Shown piece by piece: positions 50,409-60,261 of a stretch of 64,000 bases of DNA. The position numbers and the translations under genes were made by a program. Source of the DNA: an uncultured Chloroflexia bacterium (GTDB lineage: Bacteria > Chloroflexota > Anaerolineae > Anaerolineales > UBA4823); NCBI GenBank assembly GCA_963793095.1, contig CAWBYY010000008.1, positions 10,644 through 74,643 of the forward strand. The letters run 5' to 3'. The notes below the pieces were generated by a model. It was not told where the DNA came from, did no database searches, and saw only the letters and a program-made list of their open reading frames with translations. How positions within the stretch are numbered: the first letter of the stretch is position 1; the number at the start of each line of letters is the position of its first letter.

Positions 50409-50672
50409 ATGGAAAATGAATCCCTCCCCCTGAGCGCCTTGAAAGTTGGCGAAAGCGGCAGAATCATCCAATTGAACCTGAAAGGGACCACCCGCCAGCG
50501 CTTTATGGCGATGGGCCTGGTAAGGGGCGAAGTGGTCAGGGTTGAGCGGGTCGCCCCGCTTGGCGATCCGGTTGAATTTGTTGTTAAAGGCTACCATCTT
50601 TCAGTCCGTAAATCCGAGGCAGGCCAGATTTTTGTGATACCCTGCAGGAATGAGAGTACTGATGCACCATGA
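50409..50672 (+). CDS. feoA: Ferrous iron transport protein A
   Basis: RFMAMGLVRG...RVAPLGDPVEF.VKGYHLSVRKSEA. Confidence 0.92.
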   Translation: MENESLPLSALKVGESGRIIQLNLKGTTRQRFMAMGLVRGEVVRVERVAPLGDPVEFVVKGYHLSVRKSEAGQIFVIPCRNESTDAP

Positions 50673-50895
50673 GACACTGCCCCTTTCGATGGTGTCCGCC
50701 GGCGAAAAGGTGCGCCTGGTCAAAGTGCACGCCGGACACCGGATGGTCAGCCGCCTGACAACAATGGGGCTGACGCCGGGAGTTGAATTCAGCGTTCTGC
50801 AGGACTGCGGAGGGCCTAAAATGGTATCTGTGCGCGGCTCCAAGGTGGCCCTTGGACACGGGATCGCCCACCGGATTATGGTTGAACGGATCTGA
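50662..50895 (+). CDS. feoA: Second FeoA domain protein
   Basis: RLTTMGLTPG...VRGSKVALGHGIAHRIMV. Confidence 0.88.
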   Translation: MHHETLPLSMVSAGEKVRLVKVHAGHRMVSRLTTMGLTPGVEFSVLQDCGGPKMVSVRGSKVALGHGIAHRIMVERI

Positions 50896-50925
50896 TTTTT
50901 TTTACCAGCCAGGATATAAAATTTT

Positions 50926-51429
50926 ATGGCAGAGCTGAAAATCGCCATTGCTGGAAACCCGAATGCAGGTAAAAGCACTGTCTTTAATGCGCTGACAGGT
51001 TCTCACCAGCATGTCGGCAACTGGCCCGGGAAGACGGTCGAGAAGAAAGAAGGTAAATTCCGTTTTAACGGTCTTGATGTAAATGTGGTTGACCTGCCGG
51101 GTACCTACAGCCTGAGCGCCCTTTCTCCAGAGGAGATTATCGCCAGGGACTATATCCTTAACAACAAACCGGATATGGTTGTCACGGTGATGGATGCAGC
51201 CAACCTGGAGCGTAACCTGTACCTGGCTGTTCAAGTGCTGGAACTGGGCGTGCCGGTGCTGGTTATGCTCAATATGACTGATGTCGCTGAGTCAAGGGGT
51301 ATTGTGATTGATGAAAAACGCCTGAGTCAGGCGCTTGGCGCTCCCATCATCCAGACAGTCGCCAACCGGGGAGTGGGTATCCAACGGCTGAAAGAGGCCA
51401 TCGCAGAATTTGCGAAAAATAAGAACTGA
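50926..51429 (+). CDS. feoB: FeoB N-terminal GTPase domain (stand-alone ORF)
   Basis: [28 protein letters not shown] and NMTD motifs. Confidence 0.92.
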   Translation: MAELKIAIAGNPNAGKSTVFNALTGSHQHVGNWPGKTVEKKEGKFRFNGLDVNVVDLPGTYSLSALSPEEIIARDYILNNKPDMVVTVMDAANLERNLYLAVQVLELGVPVLVMLNMTDVAESRGIVIDEKRLSQALGAPIIQTVANRGVGIQRLKEAIAEFAKNKN

Positions 51430-51434
51430 ACAGC

Positions 51435-53150
51435 ATGCAGACAGGTTTTTCTATTTATTATGGCAGGGATATTGAAGCGGAGATCACCCGCCTTCAGAGG
51501 CTGGTTGAAAATTCTCCATCGATCCGGACTTTATACCCGCCGCGCTGGCTGGCGATTAACCTGCTTGAAGGGGACCAAAATCTAAGAGAAAGACTGCCCC
51601 AGCTTGAAGGCGGGCAGGTGGTGCTGACGGAAGTCGATAATGCGGTTGAGCGTTTGGAACAGATCTACCCGGATGAGATTGACATCATTATCGCCGATAA
51701 CCGTTATGGCTGGATTAACGGGCTGGTGCGGGAAGCGGTCAGGCGCACCGGCCCCGAAAGCCGCACGCTGACCGACAGGATCGATAATATTGTCACTAAC
51801 CGAATGCTGGGCATCCCGGTATTCTTTATTTCGATGTGGCTTGTTTTTATGCTGGTGACGGAACTTTCGGTTCCCTACCTGAACTGGATCGAAAGCGTTA
51901 TCAACGGCCCTGTAACAGAATGGATCGCCTCAATTCTGGCTTCAATCGGATTATCCGGCACCTGGTTAGAAAGCCTGATCCTGGATGGGATTATCGTCGG
52001 GGTTGGGGGTGTGCTGGTTTTTGTTCCGGTATTGATGTTCCTGTACATATCGCTCTCAATCCTTGAGGATTCGGGTTACATGGCCAGGGCTGCATTTGTG
52101 ATGGACCGCTTGATGCAGGCAATCGGGCTGCATGGAAAAAGTTTCCTGCCGATGCTGGTAGGTTTTGGGTGCTCTGTCCCCGCTTTTTATGCCACCCGGA
52201 CCCTCGAGAATGAAAAGGACCGGGTGCTTACCGGGCTACTGGTGCCTTTTATGAGCTGCGGGGCGCGTTTGCCCGTTTATGTTTTATTTGCGGCGATTTT
52301 CTACCCCAGGAATGCCGGGATGGTGGTTTTCAGCATGTATCTGGTTGGAATACTGGTTGCGGTACTGCTAGGAATTATTCTGAAAAACTCCCTGTTTAAA
52401 GGCAAAGAAAAATCAATATTTGTAATGGAACTCCCGCCTTACCGGATGCCAACCTTCCGGGGTATCTGGCGCCATACCTGGGACCGGACCGGATCGTTCA
52501 TCAAAAATGCCTGGACTCTGATCATGGCGGTATCGATCGTCCTGTGGATTTTGCTGGCTATCCCGGCGCCCGGGAACGCGGGATCACCCGGGCAGGCCGA
52601 TGTGGATAACAGCGTTTTCGCTTCGGTTTCGGGTTTAATCGCGCCGGTCTTAAGGCCGCTGGGGTTTGGCACCTGGGAGGCGGCTGGCTCGCTCGTGACC
52701 GGTTTTGTGGCGAAAGAGGTGGTTGTGAGCACCATGGCGCAGATCTACGGGGTGGATGAGATCCCTCAAGAAACTGCGGATACGACCTTCCTGCAGGATG
52801 TTTGGGCGATAGTCGCGGGTTTTTTCCGGGCTACAATCGATACAATCAAGACGATCCCAAAAATCTTCGGGATCGATTTCTTCGAGCAAGAGCCGGAAGC
52901 AGATTCTTCCGCCCTGATGACCTCTGTCTATAAAAGTTTTCAGGTTTCCAGCGGCGGGCATGGCGCCCTGGCGGGCCTGGCGTTTATGGTTTTTGTGTTA
53001 ATTTACACACCGTGTATGGTCGCGATTGCAGCTGAGAGGCAGGAGCTGGGGATGAAATGGACCTGGATAAGCATCATCGGGCAGCTTGGGCTGGCCTGGG
53101 TGCTGGCATTTATCGTGTTTCAGGGTGGGTTGGCGCTTGGGTTGGGATGA
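51435..53150 (+). CDS. feoB: FeoB helical and membrane (Gate) domains
   Basis: LEDSGYMARAAFVMD, GFGCSVPA, FMSCGARLPVY, MELPPYRMP, AKEVVV and YTPC motifs. Confidence 0.93.
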   Translation: MQTGFSIYYGRDIEAEITRLQRLVENSPSIRTLYPPRWLAINLLEGDQNLRERLPQLEGGQVVLTEVDNAVERLEQIYPDEIDIIIADNRYGWINGLVREAVRRTGPESRTLTDRIDNIVTNRMLGIPVFFISMWLVFMLVTELSVPYLNWIESVINGPVTEWIASILASIGLSGTWLESLILDGIIVGVGGVLVFVPVLMFLYISLSILEDSGYMARAAFVMDRLMQAIGLHGKSFLPMLVGFGCSVPAFYATRTLENEKDRVLTGLLVPFMSCGARLPVYVLFAAIFYPRNAGMVVFSMYLVGILVAVLLGIILKNSLFKGKEKSIFVMELPPYRMPTFRGIWRHTWDRTGSFIKNAWTLIMAVSIVLWILLAIPAPGNAGSPGQADVDNSVFASVSGLIAPVLRPLGFGTWEAAGSLVTGFVAKEVVVSTMAQIYGVDEIPQETADTTFLQDVWAIVAGFFRATIDTIKTIPKIFGIDFFEQEPEADSSALMTSVYKSFQVSSGGHGALAGLAFMVFVLIYTPCMVAIAAERQELGMKWTWISIIGQLGLAWVLAFIVFQGGLALGLG

Positions 53151-53223
53151 TGGTTTGGGATAAAATCACCAGCAAGTACCCCTCATCCGCTGCGCATAGA
53201 TATTTAACGCTTGAGAGTTAGGC

Positions 53224-53508
53224 ATGCTGCAGAGAATTCTGAATCAGATCCGCAAATCGGAAGGCACAGTCAGCCTGGACGAACTGAGCCGTAAACTGGG
53301 AGTTGAAACCAGCGCCCTGGAAGGGATGCTGGACTACTGCGTCCGGAAAGGCATACTGCGCGAATCCCAGGACTTTCCTGAGGGAGCAGACTGCGAATCC
53401 ATCGGGGGAGGCTGTGGGAGCAGCTGCCAGGGATATCACGGCTGCCCGCTGATCGCCCGGATGCCCAAAACCTATGAGCTGCAAAAACGCAAGGCGGGGG
53501 AAGGTTAG
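53224..53508 (+). CDS. FeoC-like winged-helix protein with Cys-rich tail
   Basis: SLDELSRKLGV..SALEGML...VRKG plus C..GGGCGSSC....GCP; follows feoB. Confidence 0.8.
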   Translation: MLQRILNQIRKSEGTVSLDELSRKLGVETSALEGMLDYCVRKGILRESQDFPEGADCESIGGGCGSSCQGYHGCPLIARMPKTYELQKRKAGEG

Positions 53509-53556
53509 ACTGGCCATCCCTGAATAAAATAAAGGGATCAGTTATAATCATCCGGC

Positions 53557-54984
53557 ATGTTTAGAACAGAACGGTCGCTTACACCAATCAGGGTAAATTC
53601 CGGAATCTGGCTGCTCTTTCTTGTTGTACTGCTGGCTGTATTCCTGGCAGGCTGCCGCAGCGCGGTTACTCCGGAGCCTCAGAATTTAACCGGTGCTGGA
53701 TCTGCAGCAGTCCCGCTTGAGAGTGCCAAAATCGAACTGCCCCTTGAAAACCCGGAACAATCTGTTTTTACCGCGCCAGAAATTACCCAGGAAGCGGAGA
53801 TCAACCCCCAGCCCTCTCCTCCGGCGGTTGATTATTTTAATTCAGAATACCCTGCCGGCAGTATAAATTTTGCCATTCCACTCACCCTCCGGCATGTGGG
53901 AGCAGACCGGGCGGTGCTCTTCTTTGAACTGGACGAGCCGTCAGAAGGCAGACTGGTTTACAAATCGCAGACCCTGGATTCCTATGAGGGTGGGGAGATC
54001 CAGCTTGACCCGGAGGAGACCCGCCACCTGATCGAACTGGAAGGGCTGACCCCCGGAGCTGATTACGCTGCAAAAGTGCTGCTTGGAAACGAGGAGGATG
54101 GTTTTAGCGAGCCTCTTTTTCTGGATGAGAGCTGGGGAGTGGTGGAATTCGGGACAATCACAGCCGGAGAACCGCTGCGGGTGGGGGTAATCGGGGACGC
54201 CAGTTTTGGAGACCAGGCTACCGAACAACTGGTAGAGTTGATGGCGGATTATAACCTGGACTTCGTGCTCAACACTGGCGATGTGGTTTACGAGGCAGAC
54301 AGCGCTGACCTTTACGCGTCTTATTCCGAAAAATTCTTCCAGCCTTTCAAACCGCTTCTGAAAAATGGACCGGTGTACACAGCAATGGGAAACCACGATT
54401 ATGACCGGGCAGTGATGTGGCAGGAAGCCCCTTTCTACGACCATGCCTTTCCGCCATTTGAAGACCCGGCTTTTGGGTACCCTGCAGAACGGCGCGGCAA
54501 CCAGTTTTACGGACTGGCTTTTGGTGACCTGCAGTTTCTGATGCTCGATTCCCAGGCGATCTTTGGGGCAGGAGGCCGGGAGGTCCAAGACGCCTGGATG
54601 AAAGACCGCCTGGCGGATCCGCGCTACCGGTATACAATCCCGGTTTTTCACGTCAGCCCGTACAGCAGCAGCATCGTACACCCGGATGACGGCGACCCGG
54701 TGCGTTTATCCTGGAATTACCTTTTTGAAGCCGCCAGGGTGCCGCTGGTGTTTTCAGGTCACTTCCACCACTACGAACGCCTGAGCGCAAATGGGATTAC
54801 ATACATAGTCAGTGGAGGGGGGTCATCAACCCTGTATGCCCAAGGCGGGCCGCTCCAGGAAAGCCACCTCTATGTGCCCCGGACCCATTTTGTGCTGCTG
54901 GAGATCTACCCTGACCGGATTGAACTGGGCGCCATTGCAAAGGAGGGGGATACCTTTGACAGAGCGACGATTATGCTGGAATGA
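53557..54984 (+). CDS. Lipoprotein metallophosphoesterase (purple-acid-phosphatase-like) with FN3-like domain
   Basis: Lipobox LAGC; IGD, TGDVVY, MGNHD and SGHFHHYER motifs. Confidence 0.88.
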   Translation: MFRTERSLTPIRVNSGIWLLFLVVLLAVFLAGCRSAVTPEPQNLTGAGSAAVPLESAKIELPLENPEQSVFTAPEITQEAEINPQPSPPAVDYFNSEYPAGSINFAIPLTLRHVGADRAVLFFELDEPSEGRLVYKSQTLDSYEGGEIQLDPEETRHLIELEGLTPGADYAAKVLLGNEEDGFSEPLFLDESWGVVEFGTITAGEPLRVGVIGDASFGDQATEQLVELMADYNLDFVLNTGDVVYEADSADLYASYSEKFFQPFKPLLKNGPVYTAMGNHDYDRAVMWQEAPFYDHAFPPFEDPAFGYPAERRGNQFYGLAFGDLQFLMLDSQAIFGAGGREVQDAWMKDRLADPRYRYTIPVFHVSPYSSSIVHPDDGDPVRLSWNYLFEAARVPLVFSGHFHHYERLSANGITYIVSGGGSSTLYAQGGPLQESHLYVPRTHFVLLEIYPDRIELGAIAKEGDTFDRATIMLE

Positions 54985-55030
54985 AATTATAATTATCCAG
55001 GCTAAAAAATATGTTTAATTGGAGGGAAGA

Positions 55031-55900
55031 ATGCAGATTGTAACAGACAGTGGAACTGATCTCTGGCTGCCTGCTGAACAGGCTACGGAACTGAATATCC
55101 ATATAGTGCCGCTCACAGTAACTCTTGAAGGCAAGACTTACCGTGAAAAAGTGGACATCCAGCCAGAAGAATTCTATCGTTTACTGGAGGCTTCTGACAG
55201 CCTTCCGACGACATCCCAGCCATCAGCGGGGGATTTTGCGGATTTATACCGCCAGCTGGCAGCAACAGACCCAAATATCCTGTCCATCCATATGACTTCA
55301 GGCCTGAGCGGAACGTTTAACTCCGCCCTGGCAGGAGCGAAGCTTGTGCCTGAGGCGAATATAACCCATGTTGACACCAAAACCCTTTCAGCCGCGGCAG
55401 GCTGGCAGGTTGAGGCGGCGGGAAAGGCTCTGAAAGCTGGCTGGCCGCTGGACCAGGTTTTGGCTCTTCTGGAACGGATCAGTGACGCCAGCGAAAGCAT
55501 ATACACACTTAAGGAGCTGAAATACCTGATCCACGGCGGGCGCATCAGCCATATGAAAGGCTTGATCGCCTCTTTGTTGAATATCAAACCGATCATCGGG
55601 GTGGAAAAAGTGAATGGAACGTATATCCAACTTGGACAGGAGCGAACATTCAAACGGGCAGTTGCAGGATTAGTTAATTTTATCTCCAACCAAAATCCGG
55701 CTGGCAGCGCACTGCGTGTTCAGGTGCTGCATGCATACAATCCCGAAGGGGCAGATATGCTGCACGAGCTGGTTGACCAGCGTTTTGACTGCACCTGGCT
55801 GCCTGTGGGACCTATGTCACTGGTGCTGGGAGCCCATACCGGCTCCAGTATGGTGGGAGTCGCATTTGCCCCCCTGGATGTATTTAATGAAATTCCATGA
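55031..55900 (+). CDS. DegV family protein
   Basis: IVTDSG, PTTSQPS, LSGT, YLIHGGRI and GAHTG motifs. Confidence 0.92.
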   Translation: MQIVTDSGTDLWLPAEQATELNIHIVPLTVTLEGKTYREKVDIQPEEFYRLLEASDSLPTTSQPSAGDFADLYRQLAATDPNILSIHMTSGLSGTFNSALAGAKLVPEANITHVDTKTLSAAAGWQVEAAGKALKAGWPLDQVLALLERISDASESIYTLKELKYLIHGGRISHMKGLIASLLNIKPIIGVEKVNGTYIQLGQERTFKRAVAGLVNFISNQNPAGSALRVQVLHAYNPEGADMLHELVDQRFDCTWLPVGPMSLVLGAHTGSSMVGVAFAPLDVFNEIP

Positions 55901-55964
55901 AGGGGAATAAAAAGAACATTTACCGTTACCTCAGACGGAAAAACCAGGTGTGCAATCCATCCTT

Positions 55965-56948
55965 TTACCAGCGCTGGTGAACCTTTTCTTTAATTAAACG
56001 ATTGTAAATACCCTCAAGTTGGACCATCGTATCTGCGCTTACCGGCGGCAGGTCGCTGGCCTGAGCGTTCTCAGTTGCCTGCCTGGAGTTCCTGGCGCCC
56101 GGGATCGCCAGGGTGACTGCGTCGAACATTAGCGTCCAGCGCAGGGCGAACTGCGCCATGGTTGTTCCTTCTGGGAGAAGAGACCTGATCTCTTCCACGG
56201 CAATCAGTCCGGTATCGAAGTCGATACCAGAAAAGGTCTCCCCGACGTCGAATGACTGGCCTTCGCGGTTGTAGTTGCGGTGGTCGTCATCGCTGAATTT
56301 TGACCCTGACGACATCTTGCCGCTCAGCAGACCGCTGGCGAGCGGGACTCGCGCCAGGACCGCGACTTCGTGTTTCTTTGCCAGGTCGAAAAACAATTCG
56401 GCAGGACGGGTACGGAAAATATTGAAGATGATCTGGACACTCTGGACGCCTGGAAATTCAATCGCTTTTATGGCTTCTTCTACTTTTTCAACGCTGACGC
56501 CGTAGTACTGGATTTTACCGGCTTGCACCAGATCGTCCAGGACCTGGAATACCTCAGGATTGTAATAAACCTGGGTGGACGGGCAGTGCAGCTGGAGCAG
56601 GTCGATTGTATCAACATCCAGGTTCACCAGGCTGCGTTCTACAAAAGAGGTCAGGTTCTGGCGGTTGTAACCCTCGGCTGTATGGGGGTTCAAACGGCGA
56701 CCGGCTTTGGTTGCGACAAAAATCCTTTCGCTTCTACTTCGACGAAGCTTTGCCACTAATTGCTCACTGCGCCCATCCCCGTAGACATCCGCAGTGTCAA
56801 TGAAGTTTACGCCCTGATCCACCGCGGAGTTTAGAGCTGCAATGGCGTCACTTTCTGTTACATTTCCCCAATCTGCGCCGATCGCCCAAGCGCCAAAACC
56901 AATCTCAGATACTTCCCAGCCGGTCCTTCCGAATTTTCGATAGTTCAT
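55965..56948 (-). CDS. Aldo/keto reductase
   Basis: IGFGAWAIG, DTADVYGDG.SE, DLLQLHCP, VPLASGLL and IPGAR motifs. Confidence 0.93.
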   Translation of the reverse strand: MNYRKFGRTGWEVSEIGFGAWAIGADWGNVTESDAIAALNSAVDQGVNFIDTADVYGDGRSEQLVAKLRRSRSERIFVATKAGRRLNPHTAEGYNRQNLTSFVERSLVNLDVDTIDLLQLHCPSTQVYYNPEVFQVLDDLVQAGKIQYYGVSVEKVEEAIKAIEFPGVQSVQIIFNIFRTRPAELFFDLAKKHEVAVLARVPLASGLLSGKMSSGSKFSDDDHRNYNREGQSFDVGETFSGIDFDTGLIAVEEIRSLLPEGTTMAQFALRWTLMFDAVTLAIPGARNSRQATENAQASDLPPVSADTMVQLEGIYNRLIKEKVHQRW

Positions 56949-57345
56949 ATAACCACCTTTCGCATTGTTAATCCAGTTTTATTTTTGTGAATTATATCAA
57001 GGGCATTTTAATCGAATTTAGCCTCAAGATAAATCCCCGGGTATTTTTTGATAAAAAGATACTGCGCAGCTCATTAAGGGGTTTTAATTTAATTGAACCC
57101 CTTGAGAGGATCGATTATCATATTCAAATTAGGAACAAGTTTAATTCGCAGGGCGGATGCCTTCCAGAATGTAAAGAGCCCTGGAGAAGAAATCCTCCAG
57201 GATCTTAAGCAGAAGCAGAGGCCAGGAATCTGTGAGGATCAATCTTACTATCTTTAAGATCGTTAGCTGGAAGAAGAAAAAGGATATAAAAATATTCTAA
57301 AAACCCAAATTTCTTTTGCACTTTAATTTTTACTGAGGAGCTCGA

Positions 57346-57768
57346 ATGGCAAAACAACAGTATCCTGAACCGACAGTTGGAGCCTTAATCATCAATCCGG
57401 ACGGAAAGATGCTTTTGATGAAGACCCACAAGTTTCGCGGCAGTTATGTGGTCCCGGGCGGCCATATCGAGCTGGGGGAGAGGATGGAACAGGCACTTAA
57501 ACGGGAGGTGAAGGAGGAGACCGGGCTGGATGTGTACGATATCCGCTTCCTTTGCTTCCAGGAATTTGTGTACGATGAGGTCTTCTGGAAGAAGCGCCAT
57601 TTTATCTATTTCGATTTTTGCTGCCGGACAGATTCGACCGAGGTCACCCTGAACGATGAAGCCCAGGAATACCTTTGGGTATCACCGGAGGAAGCGTTCA
57701 GTCTGGACATAGACGCATATACCGGGGTGGCGATCAGGAAGTACCTGGAGAAGAACTGGTGGGGGTGA
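57346..57768 (+). CDS. NUDIX hydrolase (NudI-like)
   Basis: Nudix box GGHIELGERMEQALKREVKEETGL. Confidence 0.9.
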   Translation: MAKQQYPEPTVGALIINPDGKMLLMKTHKFRGSYVVPGGHIELGERMEQALKREVKEETGLDVYDIRFLCFQEFVYDEVFWKKRHFIYFDFCCRTDSTEVTLNDEAQEYLWVSPEEAFSLDIDAYTGVAIRKYLEKNWWG

Positions 57769-57865
57769 TGTTGTTTAGTTAGCTGTCGGCGGTAATATTT
57801 ACTATTCTAAAGGAAGACAGGATCACGCCATAATACATTTATGGAGTGAAGCTGATGATTAATTC

Positions 57866-57889
57866 GGCAGGTTTGGAAACCTGCCCTAC
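57866..57889 (-). repeat. GTAG-type REP hairpin
   Basis: Minus strand GTAG-GGCAGGTTTCCAAACCTGCC. Confidence 0.7.
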
Positions 57890-57989
57890 GATGCATAATG
57901 CCAGACCGCTTTTTGGAAAGCATCCCACAAACTGATAAAAGCCCTCGGATCGCTTCGGTTCTCTGATCGGGATTTTCCGACGCTGCGTG

Positions 57990-58117
57990 CCGCAAGGAAC
58001 GCGGCATACTTCGCGTCCCGCAAAGAGCGCGGCATGCTTCGCGAACCGCAAGGAACGCGGCATGCTTCGCGAACCGCAAGGAACGCGGCGTGCTTCGCGA
58101 ACCGCAAAGAACGCGGC
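57990..58117. repeat. 28-bp tandem repeat, about 4.6 copies
   Basis: Consensus CCGCAAGGAACGCGGCATGCTTCGCGAA starting at 57990, 58018, 58046, 58074 and 58102 (partial). Confidence 0.9.
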
Positions 58118-58237
58118 ACACGGCTCCCTCGCAAAAAGGAATTGTAAACTTCCCGACCAGGCCGGGACAAAATGCCCATGACAACGGGACAGGCGGGGGA
58201 CTATCATTTACGGTGTAATTTTCCCTGAAGGAGGAAT

Positions 58238-59119
58238 ATGATGAAAAAAGTATTGAAATGGATCGCGATTGTTCTGGGCGTGATGCTGGCATTGCTGGTG
58301 GCGGCGTTCCTGTTCCTGTTTATCAGCGGGCAGTCCCAGTTTAATAAAACCTACGATGTCCAGGTGCAACCGGTTGATATTCCCGAGGACGCAGCCTCAA
58401 TAGAGCGCGGCGCCCATATTGCGGCATATAACTGCTCCGGATGCCATGGCGAGGATTATTCCGGGACAGCCTTCTTTGATGATCCTGCCATGGGGTATAT
58501 CCCATCATCGAATCTAACCCCCGCGGGCCCGGTCGGGTCGTACAGCGATGAGGATTGGGTGCGGGCTGTGCGTCACGGTATCGGACCGGATGGCAAATCG
58601 CTGATTATTATGCCATCCCAGGCAACCTATTATTACAGCGATGAAGACTTGGGCGCCTTGATCGCTTACCTGAAATCGCTGCCCCCGGTTGATAACGACC
58701 TCGGACCGGCTTCAATTAAACCGATGACGGTGCTGCTGGTAAGGCTGGGCATGTTTGGGGATATCTTCCCGGCTGAAATAATCGACCACGACGCGCTCCG
58801 CCCTCCTGCGCCCCAACCCGGCGTATCTGCGGCTTACGGTGAGTACCTGGTGAATGTGAACGACTGCCGGGCTTGCCACGGCAGCGACCTGAGCGGTGGG
58901 GTTTCACCTGAACCAGGCTCACCTTCCGGGACGGATTTGACCCAGAGCGGCATCCTGGGCGCTTACAGTACGGCTGAGGAATTCATCGAATTTTTCCGGA
59001 CCGGGGTCACTCCCTACAACAAGCCTGTCGACCCGGCGTACATGCCCTGGGAGCATTATGGCTTGATGACGGATGAGGAATTGAGCGCAATATTCGAGTA
59101 CTTGATTTCGCTCCCGTAA
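58238..59119 (+). CDS. Membrane-anchored diheme c-type cytochrome
   Basis: N-terminal TM helix; CSGCH and CRACH, each followed by a distal MP motif. Confidence 0.9.
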   Translation: MMKKVLKWIAIVLGVMLALLVAAFLFLFISGQSQFNKTYDVQVQPVDIPEDAASIERGAHIAAYNCSGCHGEDYSGTAFFDDPAMGYIPSSNLTPAGPVGSYSDEDWVRAVRHGIGPDGKSLIIMPSQATYYYSDEDLGALIAYLKSLPPVDNDLGPASIKPMTVLLVRLGMFGDIFPAEIIDHDALRPPAPQPGVSAAYGEYLVNVNDCRACHGSDLSGGVSPEPGSPSGTDLTQSGILGAYSTAEEFIEFFRTGVTPYNKPVDPAYMPWEHYGLMTDEELSAIFEYLISLP

Positions 59120-59164
59120 TAAAGTAAAACTGCCTTTTCACTTGGAATCGGAATTAGATCGACT

Positions 59165-60193
59165 TTGAGCGGAATGATGGATGCAGAAAAGAGGACACTG
59201 GTTGCTGCACATTGGAAAAGCAATTACCGGGCGGTGGAAACAGAAGATGGCCGCTGGGAGGTTGAACGGATCCTGCCCGACCAGGATGTGCGCTGCCTGG
59301 AAATGGACCGCCGCCAATCGGCTGTCCTGTATGCTGGCACCCAGGGGAATGGTGTGCTGCGTTCCGATGACCGGGGAATAACCTGGCGGGCAGCCGGGCT
59401 GGAGGGTTTGGTTGTAAAATCGATCTCATGCAGCCCGGTTGAGCCAAATACCCTTTACGCCGGCACCAAACCCGCCGCAATTTTCGTCTCACGAAATGGG
59501 GGAGAAAGCTGGACCGAACTGGAGTCCTTCCAGGATATCCCCGGAAGGTGGTACTGGTGGTCACCGGCTGAAAAACCCTTCAAGGCGTATGTCCAGTCGA
59601 TCGGGCTTTCGCCCTCAGACCCTCAGACGATCGTGGCGGGCGTTGAATGGGGCGCAGTTGCGCGCAGCACGGACGGCGGGAAATCCTGGTCGGGCCACTT
59701 GAAAGGTGCCCTGCGGGACTGCCATTCATTGATGTTCCACCAAAGCGACGGCGATTGGGTTTATGAAGCCGGCGACGGAGGCGCAGCGCTCAGCCGCGAC
59801 GGCGGCGGAAGCTGGACCAGGCCCAAAAAAGGGCTCGACCGCCGCTACGGCTGGGCTTGCGCAGCCGATCCCGGGAAACCGGAGGTCTGGTATGTATCCG
59901 CCTCGCCGGGTTTCTCCGGGAGGCATTTCCAACCTGCCGGGCATGTAGATGGGCAGGCTGAAACATACATTTTCCGCAAGGCAGGCGGCGCGGCATGGGA
60001 AAAACTATCCGGCGGGTTACCCCAACCTCTTGACTATATGGCATATGCGTTGGTCACCGATCCGCACAACAGCGGCCACCTATATGCTGGCCTGAGCAGT
60101 GGGGAGGTCTGGTTCAGTGAAGATTACGGTGATCGCTGGGATAAACTGCCGCTCAACCTGGCCGGTGTCCGCAACATGCTGCTGGTCGGGTGA
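59165..60193 (+). CDS. BNR/Asp-box beta-propeller protein (WD40/YVTN/BNR-like)
   Basis: Repeated S.D.G.(T/S)W Asp-boxes. Confidence 0.85.
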   Translation: MSGMMDAEKRTLVAAHWKSNYRAVETEDGRWEVERILPDQDVRCLEMDRRQSAVLYAGTQGNGVLRSDDRGITWRAAGLEGLVVKSISCSPVEPNTLYAGTKPAAIFVSRNGGESWTELESFQDIPGRWYWWSPAEKPFKAYVQSIGLSPSDPQTIVAGVEWGAVARSTDGGKSWSGHLKGALRDCHSLMFHQSDGDWVYEAGDGGAALSRDGGGSWTRPKKGLDRRYGWACAADPGKPEVWYVSASPGFSGRHFQPAGHVDGQAETYIFRKAGGAAWEKLSGGLPQPLDYMAYALVTDPHNSGHLYAGLSSGEVWFSEDYGDRWDKLPLNLAGVRNMLLVG

Positions 60194-60261
60194 GTTTTAA
60201 AGCGGGTATAAAATACCCGCAGAGCCAATCCATTTAATTTGCGCGGTACAATGGAAACAGG

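Noticed and set aside
57990-58117. CRISPR array
   Set aside because: The units are contiguous with no unique spacers.
57807-58292. Repetitive ORFs on the minus strand
   Set aside because: They are translations of the 28-bp tandem repeat, with no RBS or protein-like features.
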